Below, piece after piece: positions 1-10,182 of a stretch of DNA of 64,000 bases. Under the pieces are notes generated by a model. It was not told the DNA's origin and made no database searches. It saw nothing but the letters and a program-made list of their open reading frames with translations. A program made the position numbers and the translations under genes. The DNA is from an uncultured delta proteobacterium (GTDB taxonomy: Bacteria; Desulfobacterota; Syntrophorhabdia; Syntrophorhabdales; WCHB1-27): assembly GCA_963810935.1 (NCBI GenBank), contig CAWEPK010000008.1, positions 608,001 through 672,000 on the forward strand, written 5' to 3'. How positions within the stretch are numbered: the stretch's first letter is position 1; the number at the start of each line of letters is the position of its first letter.

Positions 1-30
1 TTTTCGAGGAAGCGAGCCGCAGCTAAAAGA

Positions 31-1767
31 TCACGGCCCCAGGTCCAACACCTTGCGGATTGTTCGGGCTATTTCGTTCTTGGTCAGTGGCTTCATGACA
101 AACGCGCTGATGCCCACCGCCCTCGCCTGGCTCGCATCTACCAAGTGGCTGAAGCCCGTACAGAGTATAATCGGTATATCGGCTGCCAGGTCGAGGACCT
201 TCTTCGACAGCTCCATGCCCGTCATGTTCGGCATGGTCTGGTCGGTTATGATCAGGTCGAAACCGCGGATATTCGCTTTTATGAGGTCCAAAGCCTCCGC
301 AGGACCTCCACAGGTCTTTACCCGGTAGCCCAACTCCTCGAGAAGGCCCTTTGCCATCTCCGTGAGCGCTTCCTCGTCGTCGACGAAAAGTATGCGCTCG
401 GAGCCGCCCGGGCAGTCGTCGGCAACGTCTTCCTCCTGTTGCACCGCCCTGGCTGCCTTGGGTAAATAGACGGTGAAGAGGCTGCCCTTGCCCGGCTCGC
501 TCTCGGCCGATATGTAGCCACCATGCTGCTTCACTATGCCGTGGACCACGGACAAGCCCAGGCCCGTCCCCTGCCCCGGCTTTTTCGTAGTGAAGAAGGG
601 GTCGAATATGCGGGCCATAACCTCCGGGGTCATCCCTTCCCCCGTATCGCGAACCCACATTTTCATGTAAAGGCCGGGCTTGATGCCGTCCGGGTTCTCG
701 TCGGCCTCCGAGACGCTGAAATCGGACAGGCCGACTTCCAGGGCGTTGCCCTGTTCGCGCATGGCGTCGGCGGCGTTGGTGCAGAGGTTCATCAATACCT
801 GCTGGATCTGGTTAAGATCGCCTACTACCAGGGCCGATTCACTCTCAATGTTAACGTTGATGGCGATCGTGGCAGGTATGGACGCCCTTACCAGCCCCAT
901 GGTGTCCCTGATGGCTCCGGAAAGGAGGAAGGGCTTCTTTTCGCAGGCGGCTTTCCGGGCGAAAGTCAGCATCTGCTTGACCAGCTCCCGCCCGCGCAGA
1001 CCCGCCTCTATGACGCGTCCGAGGATCCGCTCGTCACGGCTCCCCTTCTCCGCCCGTCCCCGGACGGATTCGGTAAAGCCGATGATAGCGGCCAGTATGT
1101 TATTGAAATCATGCGCTATCCCCCCCGCAGCCGTACCGAGGGCCTCCATCTTCTGCGACTGAAGGAGCTGCTCGCGTAAGTACTCCTTCTCCTCTTCGAG
1201 GTTGAACCTGTGGATGGCCTCGCCTATCAGGGGCTGGACCGATTCTATGAAATCGATCGTAGCTTTCGGCACCTTTCCCTTATTCCGGTCGGCGAGATGG
1301 ATGGCGCCTAATATCGTGTCGCGATACGATACGGGGATAACGGCAACGCTCGCGTAGCCCTCGGCAGTACATCTGCCCCTGAACATCTCCGCCGCCTCCG
1401 TGGACAGACCGGCGGCCATCTCCTCCATATCGCGGCAATGGAAGCTTCCGCCCCCCGTAACATGCGGTTTGTCATGTGTTCCGGTCTTGCCTGCGATCAC
1501 CCGTATACAGACACAGGTGTCGCTGTGCACGGAAAGGAGGCTTTCAGAGTCTAAAAAAGCCTGTGTGAAGCCGGCGTAAGATTCATAAGGGATATTGCCT
1601 TCCTTGTCCAGAACCCTTATTCCGGCCGCCTCGCAACCCGTCCATTCCCGGAGCAGGCCGACGACCGCGTCGAGGTATTCCTTTTTTGTCGATTCAAGGG
1701 CAAAGAGCTTCAGCAGCTTGTTAGTCTCACGCAGGTCCTGCATTTCACCCTCACTTACGTCCCGCAT
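31..1767 (-). CDS. Hybrid sensor histidine kinase/response regulator with N-terminal Cys-rich GAF domain
   Basis: H-box GGIAHDFNNIL, N-box QVLMNLCTNA, FDPFFTTK/GTGLGL, C-terminal receiver (ILFVDDE, ITDQTMP, KP). Start may be the ATG at 1743. Confidence 0.93.
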   Translation of the reverse strand: MRDVSEGEMQDLRETNKLLKLFALESTKKEYLDAVVGLLREWTGCEAAGIRVLDKEGNIPYESYAGFTQAFLDSESLLSVHSDTCVCIRVIAGKTGTHDKPHVTGGGSFHCRDMEEMAAGLSTEAAEMFRGRCTAEGYASVAVIPVSYRDTILGAIHLADRNKGKVPKATIDFIESVQPLIGEAIHRFNLEEEKEYLREQLLQSQKMEALGTAAGGIAHDFNNILAAIIGFTESVRGRAEKGSRDERILGRVIEAGLRGRELVKQMLTFARKAACEKKPFLLSGAIRDTMGLVRASIPATIAINVNIESESALVVGDLNQIQQVLMNLCTNAADAMREQGNALEVGLSDFSVSEADENPDGIKPGLYMKMWVRDTGEGMTPEVMARIFDPFFTTKKPGQGTGLGLSVVHGIVKQHGGYISAESEPGKGSLFTVYLPKAARAVQQEEDVADDCPGGSERILFVDDEEALTEMAKGLLEELGYRVKTCGGPAEALDLIKANIRGFDLIITDQTMPNMTGMELSKKVLDLAADIPIILCTGFSHLVDASQARAVGISAFVMKPLTKNEIARTIRKVLDLGP

Positions 1768-1874
1768 CTGCCCCGACCCATAACCATTCTACCGGCTTCA
1801 ATACCCGTAGTTTAATGGTTCGAGGCCGTTTTGTCAGGCAGGAGAAGTGCCGATGCGAAAATGCGGAAGGCCCT

Positions 1875-3218
<1,344 letters not shown>

Positions 3219-3245
3219 TTATAATAATGCTTTTTCAGCCCCCCG

Positions 3246-4526
3246 TCAAACAAATTGGCGCGGGGCTGGCGGCCGTTTCCGGGCGCTGTGAGTCAGATCG
3301 ATACTCCGTAGGATTAAGTTGTGCCGCCGGCAGATTTCTCTTAGGCTGCGCCCGCCCGCCGCGTGGACCGCCGCCGCGATGGCGATCAGGCCAAGGCCGA
3401 CGGCGCAGACGCCAACCCAGGCGAACATGGCCCAGCCGAAGGAGCCGAGCATCGAGCCCATCGCTCCCCCTGCAAAAACGCTGACCATGTAGACGGCGTT
3501 TATCCGGTTCCTGGATTCAGCGTCGAGGGCATAGATGCGCGCCTGGTTCGAGATGTGCGCCGCCTGCATGCCTATATCGAGACCGATGACGCCGGCAACG
3601 AGTCCCGCCATGCTGTGTCCCAGGACCAGGAAACAAATGTACGAAAGGGCCGATAAGACTATGGCGACGCTAAGCGTGAGCCTAGGGCTCACCCTGTCGG
3701 TGATCCGGCCGACCGCAGACGCGGCAAGCGCCCCGGCCACGCCGACAAGCCCGAAAAGACCGGCCACCTGCGCCCCCATGTTGAACGGCGGCGCTTTCAG
3801 GAGAAAGGAAAGCGTTGTCCAGAAGGCGCTGAACGCCCCGAACATCGCACCCGATACGATGGACGCCTCCCTCAGCACGGGCCGGGTCCGGATGAGCGTC
3901 CGCAGCGAGCGGATAAGAGCGAAGTACTCCAGGGTTGTGCCGGGGCGCGAGCGTGGCAGAAATAGTATGAACGCGACTGCGAGAAACGCGAGCATCAACG
4001 AGGCGAGCCTGTAGACCGACTGCCATCCGAGGGCCGACCCGACAACGCCGCTCAGCGTCCTAGACAGCAGTATGCCTATGATGAGCCCGCTCATCACGTT
4101 GCCTATGGCCCTCCCCCGTTCCTGCGGCGGGGCCAGTTGGGCAGCGAAGGGGACCAGGAGCTGCGGCACTACGGAGGTGACGCCAAGGAAGAGCGAAGAG
4201 GCCAGGAACAGGCCGATCCCTTCGGAAAATGATGTAAGCAGGAGTGCGCCTATCGAAAGAAGCAGCATGGTGATTATGAGCGAGCGCCTTTCCCGCACAT
4301 CGCCTAAGGGGACCAGAAAAAGCAGGCCGAGGCCGTAACCCGCCTGTATGAGCATGGCCGAGAAGGCGATGGTCGGGTGCGAGACATGGAAAAATCTGGA
4401 GAGCTCTTCGAGCAGCGGCTGGCTGTAATAAAGGTTGGCGACCGTCGCGCCGCTCGCGACCGCCATCAGAAAGACGAGAGCCTTGCCGAGAACGGGTTTG
4501 TCTTCTATATTTGCCGGCCGTGACAC
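3246..4526 (-). CDS. MFS transporter
   Basis: Multiple hydrophobic segments, ANLYYSQPLL, PLGDVRERR, RGRAIGNVMSG. Start set to the GTG just after the upstream gene's stop. Confidence 0.9.
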   Translation of the reverse strand: MSRPANIEDKPVLGKALVFLMAVASGATVANLYYSQPLLEELSRFFHVSHPTIAFSAMLIQAGYGLGLLFLVPLGDVRERRSLIITMLLLSIGALLLTSFSEGIGLFLASSLFLGVTSVVPQLLVPFAAQLAPPQERGRAIGNVMSGLIIGILLSRTLSGVVGSALGWQSVYRLASLMLAFLAVAFILFLPRSRPGTTLEYFALIRSLRTLIRTRPVLREASIVSGAMFGAFSAFWTTLSFLLKAPPFNMGAQVAGLFGLVGVAGALAASAVGRITDRVSPRLTLSVAIVLSALSYICFLVLGHSMAGLVAGVIGLDIGMQAAHISNQARIYALDAESRNRINAVYMVSVFAGGAMGSMLGSFGWAMFAWVGVCAVGLGLIAIAAAVHAAGGRSLREICRRHNLILRSIDLTHSARKRPPAPRQFV

Positions 4527-4527
4527 G

Positions 4528-5874
4528 CTAGAGGAAACGGGCCAGGTCGGTCCGCACCGTGCCCTCGATGCGTTCGAGGGCCTCGGGGCTTTCCGCCTCG
4601 AACCGGAGCACAAGTATCGGCTGCGTATTCGAAGCCCGGACGAGGCCCCATCCGCCGGGCAGCGTTACCCTTACGCCGTCGGTATCCACGATATCGTACC
4701 TCTCCCGGTAGTAGTCGGTGATCTCGCGGACCACGATGAATTTCTTCTGCTCGGGACAATCTATCCTAATCTCCGGTGTAGACCAGGTGGCGGGAAGGTC
4801 CGCGAGGAACTGAGAGAGCGGCCTTCCGTCCCTGGCAAGTATCTCGAACAACCTGAGGGACGCATAAATCGCGTCGTCGAACCCGAAAAACCTGTCGGTA
4901 AAGAACATGTGGCCGCTCATCTCGCCGCCGAAGAGGGCGCCCGTCTCCTTCATCTTCTGTTTGATAAGAGAGTGGCCTGCCTTCCACATGATTGCGCGCC
5001 CGCCACGTTTTTCGATGTCGGCAAAAAGGTTCTTCGAGCACTTCACTTCCGAGACAAAGGTGGCGCCCTTGTTCCGCTCGATGATGTCCCTGGCAAATAT
5101 AAGCATCAGGTAATCGCCCCGTATGACGTTGCCCTCGTTGTCAACGGCGCCTATCCTGTCCGTGTCGCCGTCGTATCCGATGCCGAGGTCGGCCTTCGTC
5201 GCCAGCACCGTTTCTCTCAACTGCTCCAGGTTCGTCTCTACCGTCGGGTCCGGGAAGTGGTTGGGGAACCGGCCGTCCATCTCGCAGTTGAGTGCGATCG
5301 TCTCGACGCCCATCTCCGCCATAATGGGAAGGGCCACGACTCCGCCCGTGCCGTTGCCTGCGTCGACGACCACGCGCAAGGGCCGGTCTATGGAGATATT
5401 CCCCCTGATGAAACTGTAATAGTCTTCCCTGATTCGCGGATAAACGGACAGGCTTCCGCTGCCGGAGACGAAACGGCGCGCTTCTATGATGTCTGCGATC
5501 TCCTGCACCCGGCTGCCGAACAACGTCGTTTTACCGAACGCCAACTTGAAGCCGTTGTAATCCGGCGGGTTGTGGCTGCCCGTCACCATGATGCCGCCCT
5601 CGACGTCCAGGGTGAAAAGCGAAAAGTAAAAGAGCGGGGTGGGCACTACGCCGAGGTCCGTGACCGACAGGCCGCCCTCGACCATGCCCCTGGCAACAAG
5701 CCGTCCGAAGCCTTCGGAGCTAAGCCTGCAATCCCTTCCGAGGGACGCCTTTGTTTTCCCTCTCTCGCGCATGTAGGCGGCGAAAGCTCTTCCTATGTCT
5801 AGCACTGTTTCATCATCAAGGCCTGCCCCGACGATGCCCCTGATGTCGTATTCCCTGAATATCTCCCTGTTCAT
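4528..5874 (-). CDS. Phosphomannomutase/phosphoglucomutase (AlgC-like)
   Basis: FREYDIRG, TGSHNP phosphoserine loop, DGDTDR metal loop, GEMSGH, VRASNT. Confidence 0.96.
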   Translation of the reverse strand: MNREIFREYDIRGIVGAGLDDETVLDIGRAFAAYMRERGKTKASLGRDCRLSSEGFGRLVARGMVEGGLSVTDLGVVPTPLFYFSLFTLDVEGGIMVTGSHNPPDYNGFKLAFGKTTLFGSRVQEIADIIEARRFVSGSGSLSVYPRIREDYYSFIRGNISIDRPLRVVVDAGNGTGGVVALPIMAEMGVETIALNCEMDGRFPNHFPDPTVETNLEQLRETVLATKADLGIGYDGDTDRIGAVDNEGNVIRGDYLMLIFARDIIERNKGATFVSEVKCSKNLFADIEKRGGRAIMWKAGHSLIKQKMKETGALFGGEMSGHMFFTDRFFGFDDAIYASLRLFEILARDGRPLSQFLADLPATWSTPEIRIDCPEQKKFIVVREITDYYRERYDIVDTDGVRVTLPGGWGLVRASNTQPILVLRFEAESPEALERIEGTVRTDLARFL

Positions 5875-5983
5875 CGCTCTCCCTTTAGTGCCTGCCTTCG
5901 CCCGTAAGTTTCCTTTGACTTCCGGCGCAGGTCTTCCATATTATATGTGGAACGATGAAAATCTCAACGTAAAAAGAGGAGAT

Positions 5984-6634
5984 ATGGAAAAACAATACGT
6001 CATCGACGATATGACGCTTGCGGACTCATGGCGTCTGTTTCACATACTTGCGGAATTTGTTGAAGGCTTCGAAAAGCTTTCAGAAGTCAAGCACGCAGTC
6101 ACGGTGTTCGGCAGCGCCCGAACGAAAGAAGGAGACGACCTATACACAAGCGCCTACCAGTTGGCCCTGACGCTCGGCAAGGCAAATTTCAACCTCATCA
6201 CGGGGGGCGGACCGGGCGTAATGGAAGCGATCAACAAAGGCGCCTCGGAGGCGGGCGTAAAATCGGTAGGCATCAATATAGAGCTGCCTTACGAGCAAAA
6301 GCCGAATACGTATATAAATGTCCCTCTGAGCTTCAAGTATTTCTTCATCCGGAAGGTGATGTTCCTGAAGTATGCCATTGCTTACGTAGTGCTGCCCGGC
6401 GGCTTCGGCACGCTGGACGAGATGTTCGAGGCCATAACGCTCATCCAGACGAGGAAGATGAAGCCCTTCCCCGTCATTCTCATGGGCAAGGATTTCTGGG
6501 AAGACGTGATCGCCTTCTTCAGAAAGCATATGCTGAGCCGGAACATGATTTCCAAGGAAGACCTGAGCATATTCCAGTGTATGGACGATCCGGAGGAGAT
6601 AGCGGATTATATCAGACGCTTCGTCATCATATAA
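5984..6634 (+). CDS. LOG family protein (TIGR00730 type)
   Basis: VFGSAR, TGGGPGVMEA, PGGFGTLDE. GAGGA RBS before the ATG at 5984. Confidence 0.93.
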   Translation: MEKQYVIDDMTLADSWRLFHILAEFVEGFEKLSEVKHAVTVFGSARTKEGDDLYTSAYQLALTLGKANFNLITGGGPGVMEAINKGASEAGVKSVGINIELPYEQKPNTYINVPLSFKYFFIRKVMFLKYAIAYVVLPGGFGTLDEMFEAITLIQTRKMKPFPVILMGKDFWEDVIAFFRKHMLSRNMISKEDLSIFQCMDDPEEIADYIRRFVII

Positions 6635-6658
6635 CGGGGAGGCGTTACTAATTGCTGT

Positions 6659-6790
6659 TCAGTGGCCGATGGCCCTGAAGTAGCGGCTGATGCGGCGCTG
6701 GCAGAGGAACCGGACTCGTTTTTTGATCCGGCCGTTGGGGCTTAACATGGCAAGGACCATTACCGAGAAGTACATACCAAGCTTGCTCAT
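6659..6790 (-). CDS. Putative 43-aa small protein (MSKLGMYFSVMVLAMLSPNGRIKKRVRFLCQRRISRYFRAIGH)
   Basis: Read by hand (below ORF-track cutoff): ATG preceded by GGGGGA, fills an otherwise empty intergenic gap. Confidence 0.5.
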   Translation of the reverse strand: MSKLGMYFSVMVLAMLSPNGRIKKRVRFLCQRRISRYFRAIGH

Positions 6791-6893
6791 TGATTCCCCC
6801 TGGCCTGCCCCGCCCGACCGAAGCCCAGGCGAGTCAGCTTCGTTAAATCATGTATAATGTAACGTATAACGTTATATGATTTAAGCGAACGTG

Positions 6894-7166
6894 TCAAGGG
6901 AAATGTTGTAATACTTCGATTTTTTTCGTCCCGTTTTTTTTCTCTTTTCCCATCTCCCACAGAAGCCTCTGGATAACAGGGTAGTCCGCCTCCTGTCCCG
7001 GCCGGCCGTCACAGGAAAACGGAAGGTCTTTTATCGCTGTTTCGGGGGTTCCTTCCGGCCGACATGCCCTTGAGCCTGCGCAGGCGCGGAGCGCCCGGAG
7101 GAAGGCCGCGCGCAACCTCCCCATAGTGCTTCTGTCGTCTTCCATATCCTCACCTTCCCTTCTCAT
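6894..7166 (-). CDS. Hypothetical protein
   Basis: ORF overlapping treY stop; no recognisable motif. Confidence 0.45.
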   Translation of the reverse strand: MRREGEDMEDDRSTMGRLRAAFLRALRACAGSRACRPEGTPETAIKDLPFSCDGRPGQEADYPVIQRLLWEMGKEKKNGTKKIEVLQHFP

Positions 7167-10100
7167 TTCCCTCTCCCGTCCTCGCCTGCTCCGTCCCTAC
7201 GAGGAGGGCCACCGGAAAGGTCCGGAAGAGGTCTGCCAGGCTTACGGCAAACGTCTCCATGTGACGTAGTCTTTTCACCGTCTCGCCGGTAAAAATGTTC
7301 TTGTAGCAGGCTACGCGCAGCGACGGCACAAGCAGGAAGGAGCCGTCCCACGCCTCTTCCCTCAACGCGATGCGCTCGTCGCTGCCGTCGAGAAGGCCCA
7401 TGAGGAGCCGGGGGACAGCCGTTATAAAGACAACTCCTTCGGCCCGGCGCGCAAACGCGCAAACATTGCCGGCCCTCGCGCCCGCGCCCTGCAGCGGGAC
7501 ATAACGCGTCCGGTCCAGCAGGCGGCCGCACTCCTTTCTGAAATTAAGCGCCTTGGAGATAACGTGCATCTTTATCCTTCCGTCCCGCCAGGCGCCTGCA
7601 AGGTGGGCCGCTATCTCATTGAGCGGCGCCTCTTGCTCCGACCTGCGGAGGTCGGCCAGCATCCGCATCCGCGCCTCGTAGTCAACCGGCCTCCTGTTGT
7701 CGGGGTCCACAAGGTTGAGGCTCCAGACCTCCGAGCCCTGGTAAAAATCGGGGACGCCCGGAGACGTGATCTTGAGGAGCGTCTGGGACAGGGAGTTGCT
7801 CATACCGCAGAAGGCGACTTTCTTATGGAACACCTCGAAGTCGTCGATGAACTCGTTCGGTCTTCTCCTGTCCAGGGCCGCTTCCACGAACTTCGCGCAA
7901 GCCCCCTCGTACGCGCTCCGGGGGTTTATCCAGCTCGTATTGACCTTGCCCTCCCTGATGGCCTTCAGCAGGTAGTCCTTCATTCTCTCGACGAAATCAC
8001 TCCATTCGGCCGGGACCCCTGTCTGCATGGGCCATGCGCCCACGAGGGTCTGATAGAAAAAGTATTCTTCGTTCGGGTCCGGCGCGTGGCCGCCGTTCAC
8101 GGGCAGGCGGTTCTTTCTGTTGATCTGGCTCCACTTCATGACGCGCTTTTTCCATTCCTCGGGGACTTCGGAGAGCACGTCGATCCGCGCGCGGACGTCC
8201 TCGCTGCGCTTCGAGTCGTGCGTGGAGGTTGTGATGAGGGCATGGGGCCAGAATTTCTGCCGGCGCTGGTTGTGTTCGTGAAACTCTTCGACCGACGTAC
8301 CGAACGTGTGCGGGCTGCCGCCCACCTCGTTCAGCGAGATAAGCCTGTTGTACGTGTAAAAGGCCGTATCCTCAAGGCCTTTCGCCATCACCGGCCCCGT
8401 TATCTGCTGGAACCTCATCACGAAATCGAGCCACCTCTTTTTGTCCTCCTCGCCCAGCTTGGCCGGCCACTGAAGCAAAAGCACTTGCTTGACGAAATTG
8501 AAGACGGATTCGTTGATAGTGGGGTTCATTGCCTTGGCCTTCGCCGCTGCATACTCTATGTGCTGGCGGTCACGGTCGGCTATCTCCCGGCTGTTGATAT
8601 ACGTCCTGTAAACCGGAAAGCAGGCGATTATCTCCACTATGGCGCCCGTGAGGCTGTTGAGGGTGAAGTCGCGCGTAAGGCGGTTCTTCTCGGAGATGCG
8701 ATTCAGGTAATTGCCGAGCGTGTTGATCTCGCTCGACATGGCCCCCAGCATGATAAGCTTCCTCTTCTCGTAGGCCGTGCGTGGGTAACTGACCGTCGTC
8801 CCGGCGATGCGCTTGTATAGCCTGTCGAACGCCTTCTCGTTGGCGCCGTCCACGAAGATGCCATTGACGAGGTTCATGAACGTATAGCCCGTCGTGCTGA
8901 AGATAGGCCACTCCTCGGGCATCGGCTCGTTCCTCATCAGTATCTTCTCGCCTATGATGTAGAAGGGCTTTGCCTTCCTCCCGGAGAAGGTCAGCTCGTC
9001 GTATCGCCTCCCCAGCACCTCGGACAGGATCGCTTCTTCGGCCTGGCTGACGACGTGCCCGGAAGTCTCCTTCATCGTGAGGCCCGTCTCTACGTAGCAG
9101 TTGCGCTGAAGGCGGTGGAAATAGCGGGACGGGTCGTAGAGTCCGTCGGGGTGGTCCACCCGCAGCCCCGTCACCTTCCCTTCCTTTATCAGCTTGAAAA
9201 CGAGCCTGTGCGTCGCCTCGAAGACTGCCGGGTCCTCCATCCGTATAGCGGCCAGATCGTTGACGTCGAAGAACCTCCGGTAGTTGATCTCCTCAGTTGC
9301 GACGCGCCAGTAGGAAAGCCGGAAGGCCTGGCCGCGCAGAAGGTTGTCCAGAAGGTCGAAGCTCTCCGGCTCGCCTTTAATGCCGTTGAAAACCGAGACG
9401 TTCCGTTCTATGTGGCGCCTTATCTCCGGGCTTTCCCTGTAAAGATTCGCCAGACGCCTTTTCGCGATCTCCTTCTCCCGGTTCCGCTCGGCCATAAGCT
9501 CCGGCGCGGTCTCCGTGTAGGGAGGCAGGTGGACGAGCGCGGTGTTTATGCTGAGCAGCTCTATATAGGCGGGGTCGTCGGGCGCAAGCTCGGCCTCCAG
9601 CTCCTTTAGTCCGTAAGAAAGGACCTTTATGTAGCTGTCGGGCCTGAGGGGGAACGTATAGTCCCAGTACGTGACAAAGAACCCGCCGTCTTTGAATCCC
9701 AGGCGCAGTTCCTGGTTCTCGAGGACTTCCCCGTACTGCCCGCCGAGGAACGGCACGAGTATCCGATCCTTCAGCTCGTGCTTGATGGGGTGCCAGTTAA
9801 TATCGAAGAACCGCGCGTAGATTGAGCTGGGGCCGTTCTCCAGCACGTCCATCCACCATTTGTTATCGTCGGCCACGCACATATGGTTCGGCACCAGGTC
9901 AAAAATCTGGCCAAGCCCGCGCGCTTTCAACTCCGCGACGAATGCCTCGTACTCGGCAGGGCTGCCGATCTCGTCATTCAGCTCCCCAAAATCGACGATG
10001 TCGTATCCGTGGAGGCTGCCCCGCCTCGCTTTCAGGTAAGATGAGGCGTAGATGTCCGTTATACCGAGGTCCGCGAGGTAACCGGTGATACGGCGGGCAT

Positions 10101-10182
10101 CCGGGAACGTGAATTCCCTGTTGAGCTGGAGCCGGTACGTCGAGACGGGTATTCTCGGCTGGTATTCCTGCTGCCTCACCAT
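7150..10182 (-). CDS. treY: Malto-oligosyltrehalose synthase
   Basis: STYRLQL, GSLHGYD, DLVPNHM, NYRRFFDVN, GLRVDHPDGL, TSTHDSKRSED, LVDPDNRRPVD. ATG at 10182 is just inside the treZ 3' end. Confidence 0.96.
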   Translation of the reverse strand: MVRQQEYQPRIPVSTYRLQLNREFTFPDARRITGYLADLGITDIYASSYLKARRGSLHGYDIVDFGELNDEIGSPAEYEAFVAELKARGLGQIFDLVPNHMCVADDNKWWMDVLENGPSSIYARFFDINWHPIKHELKDRILVPFLGGQYGEVLENQELRLGFKDGGFFVTYWDYTFPLRPDSYIKVLSYGLKELEAELAPDDPAYIELLSINTALVHLPPYTETAPELMAERNREKEIAKRRLANLYRESPEIRRHIERNVSVFNGIKGEPESFDLLDNLLRGQAFRLSYWRVATEEINYRRFFDVNDLAAIRMEDPAVFEATHRLVFKLIKEGKVTGLRVDHPDGLYDPSRYFHRLQRNCYVETGLTMKETSGHVVSQAEEAILSEVLGRRYDELTFSGRKAKPFYIIGEKILMRNEPMPEEWPIFSTTGYTFMNLVNGIFVDGANEKAFDRLYKRIAGTTVSYPRTAYEKRKLIMLGAMSSEINTLGNYLNRISEKNRLTRDFTLNSLTGAIVEIIACFPVYRTYINSREIADRDRQHIEYAAAKAKAMNPTINESVFNFVKQVLLLQWPAKLGEEDKKRWLDFVMRFQQITGPVMAKGLEDTAFYTYNRLISLNEVGGSPHTFGTSVEEFHEHNQRRQKFWPHALITTSTHDSKRSEDVRARIDVLSEVPEEWKKRVMKWSQINRKNRLPVNGGHAPDPNEEYFFYQTLVGAWPMQTGVPAEWSDFVERMKDYLLKAIREGKVNTSWINPRSAYEGACAKFVEAALDRRRPNEFIDDFEVFHKKVAFCGMSNSLSQTLLKITSPGVPDFYQGSEVWSLNLVDPDNRRPVDYEARMRMLADLRRSEQEAPLNEIAAHLAGAWRDGRIKMHVISKALNFRKECGRLLDRTRYVPLQGAGARAGNVCAFARRAEGVVFITAVPRLLMGLLDGSDERIALREEAWDGSFLLVPSLRVACYKNIFTGETVKRLRHMETFAVSLADLFRTFPVALLVGTEQARTGEGNEKGR

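Noticed and set aside
1803..1830. CCCGTAGTTTAATGGTTCGA looks like a tRNA fragment
   Set aside because: No anticodon arm, T-arm spacing or acceptor stem can be built.
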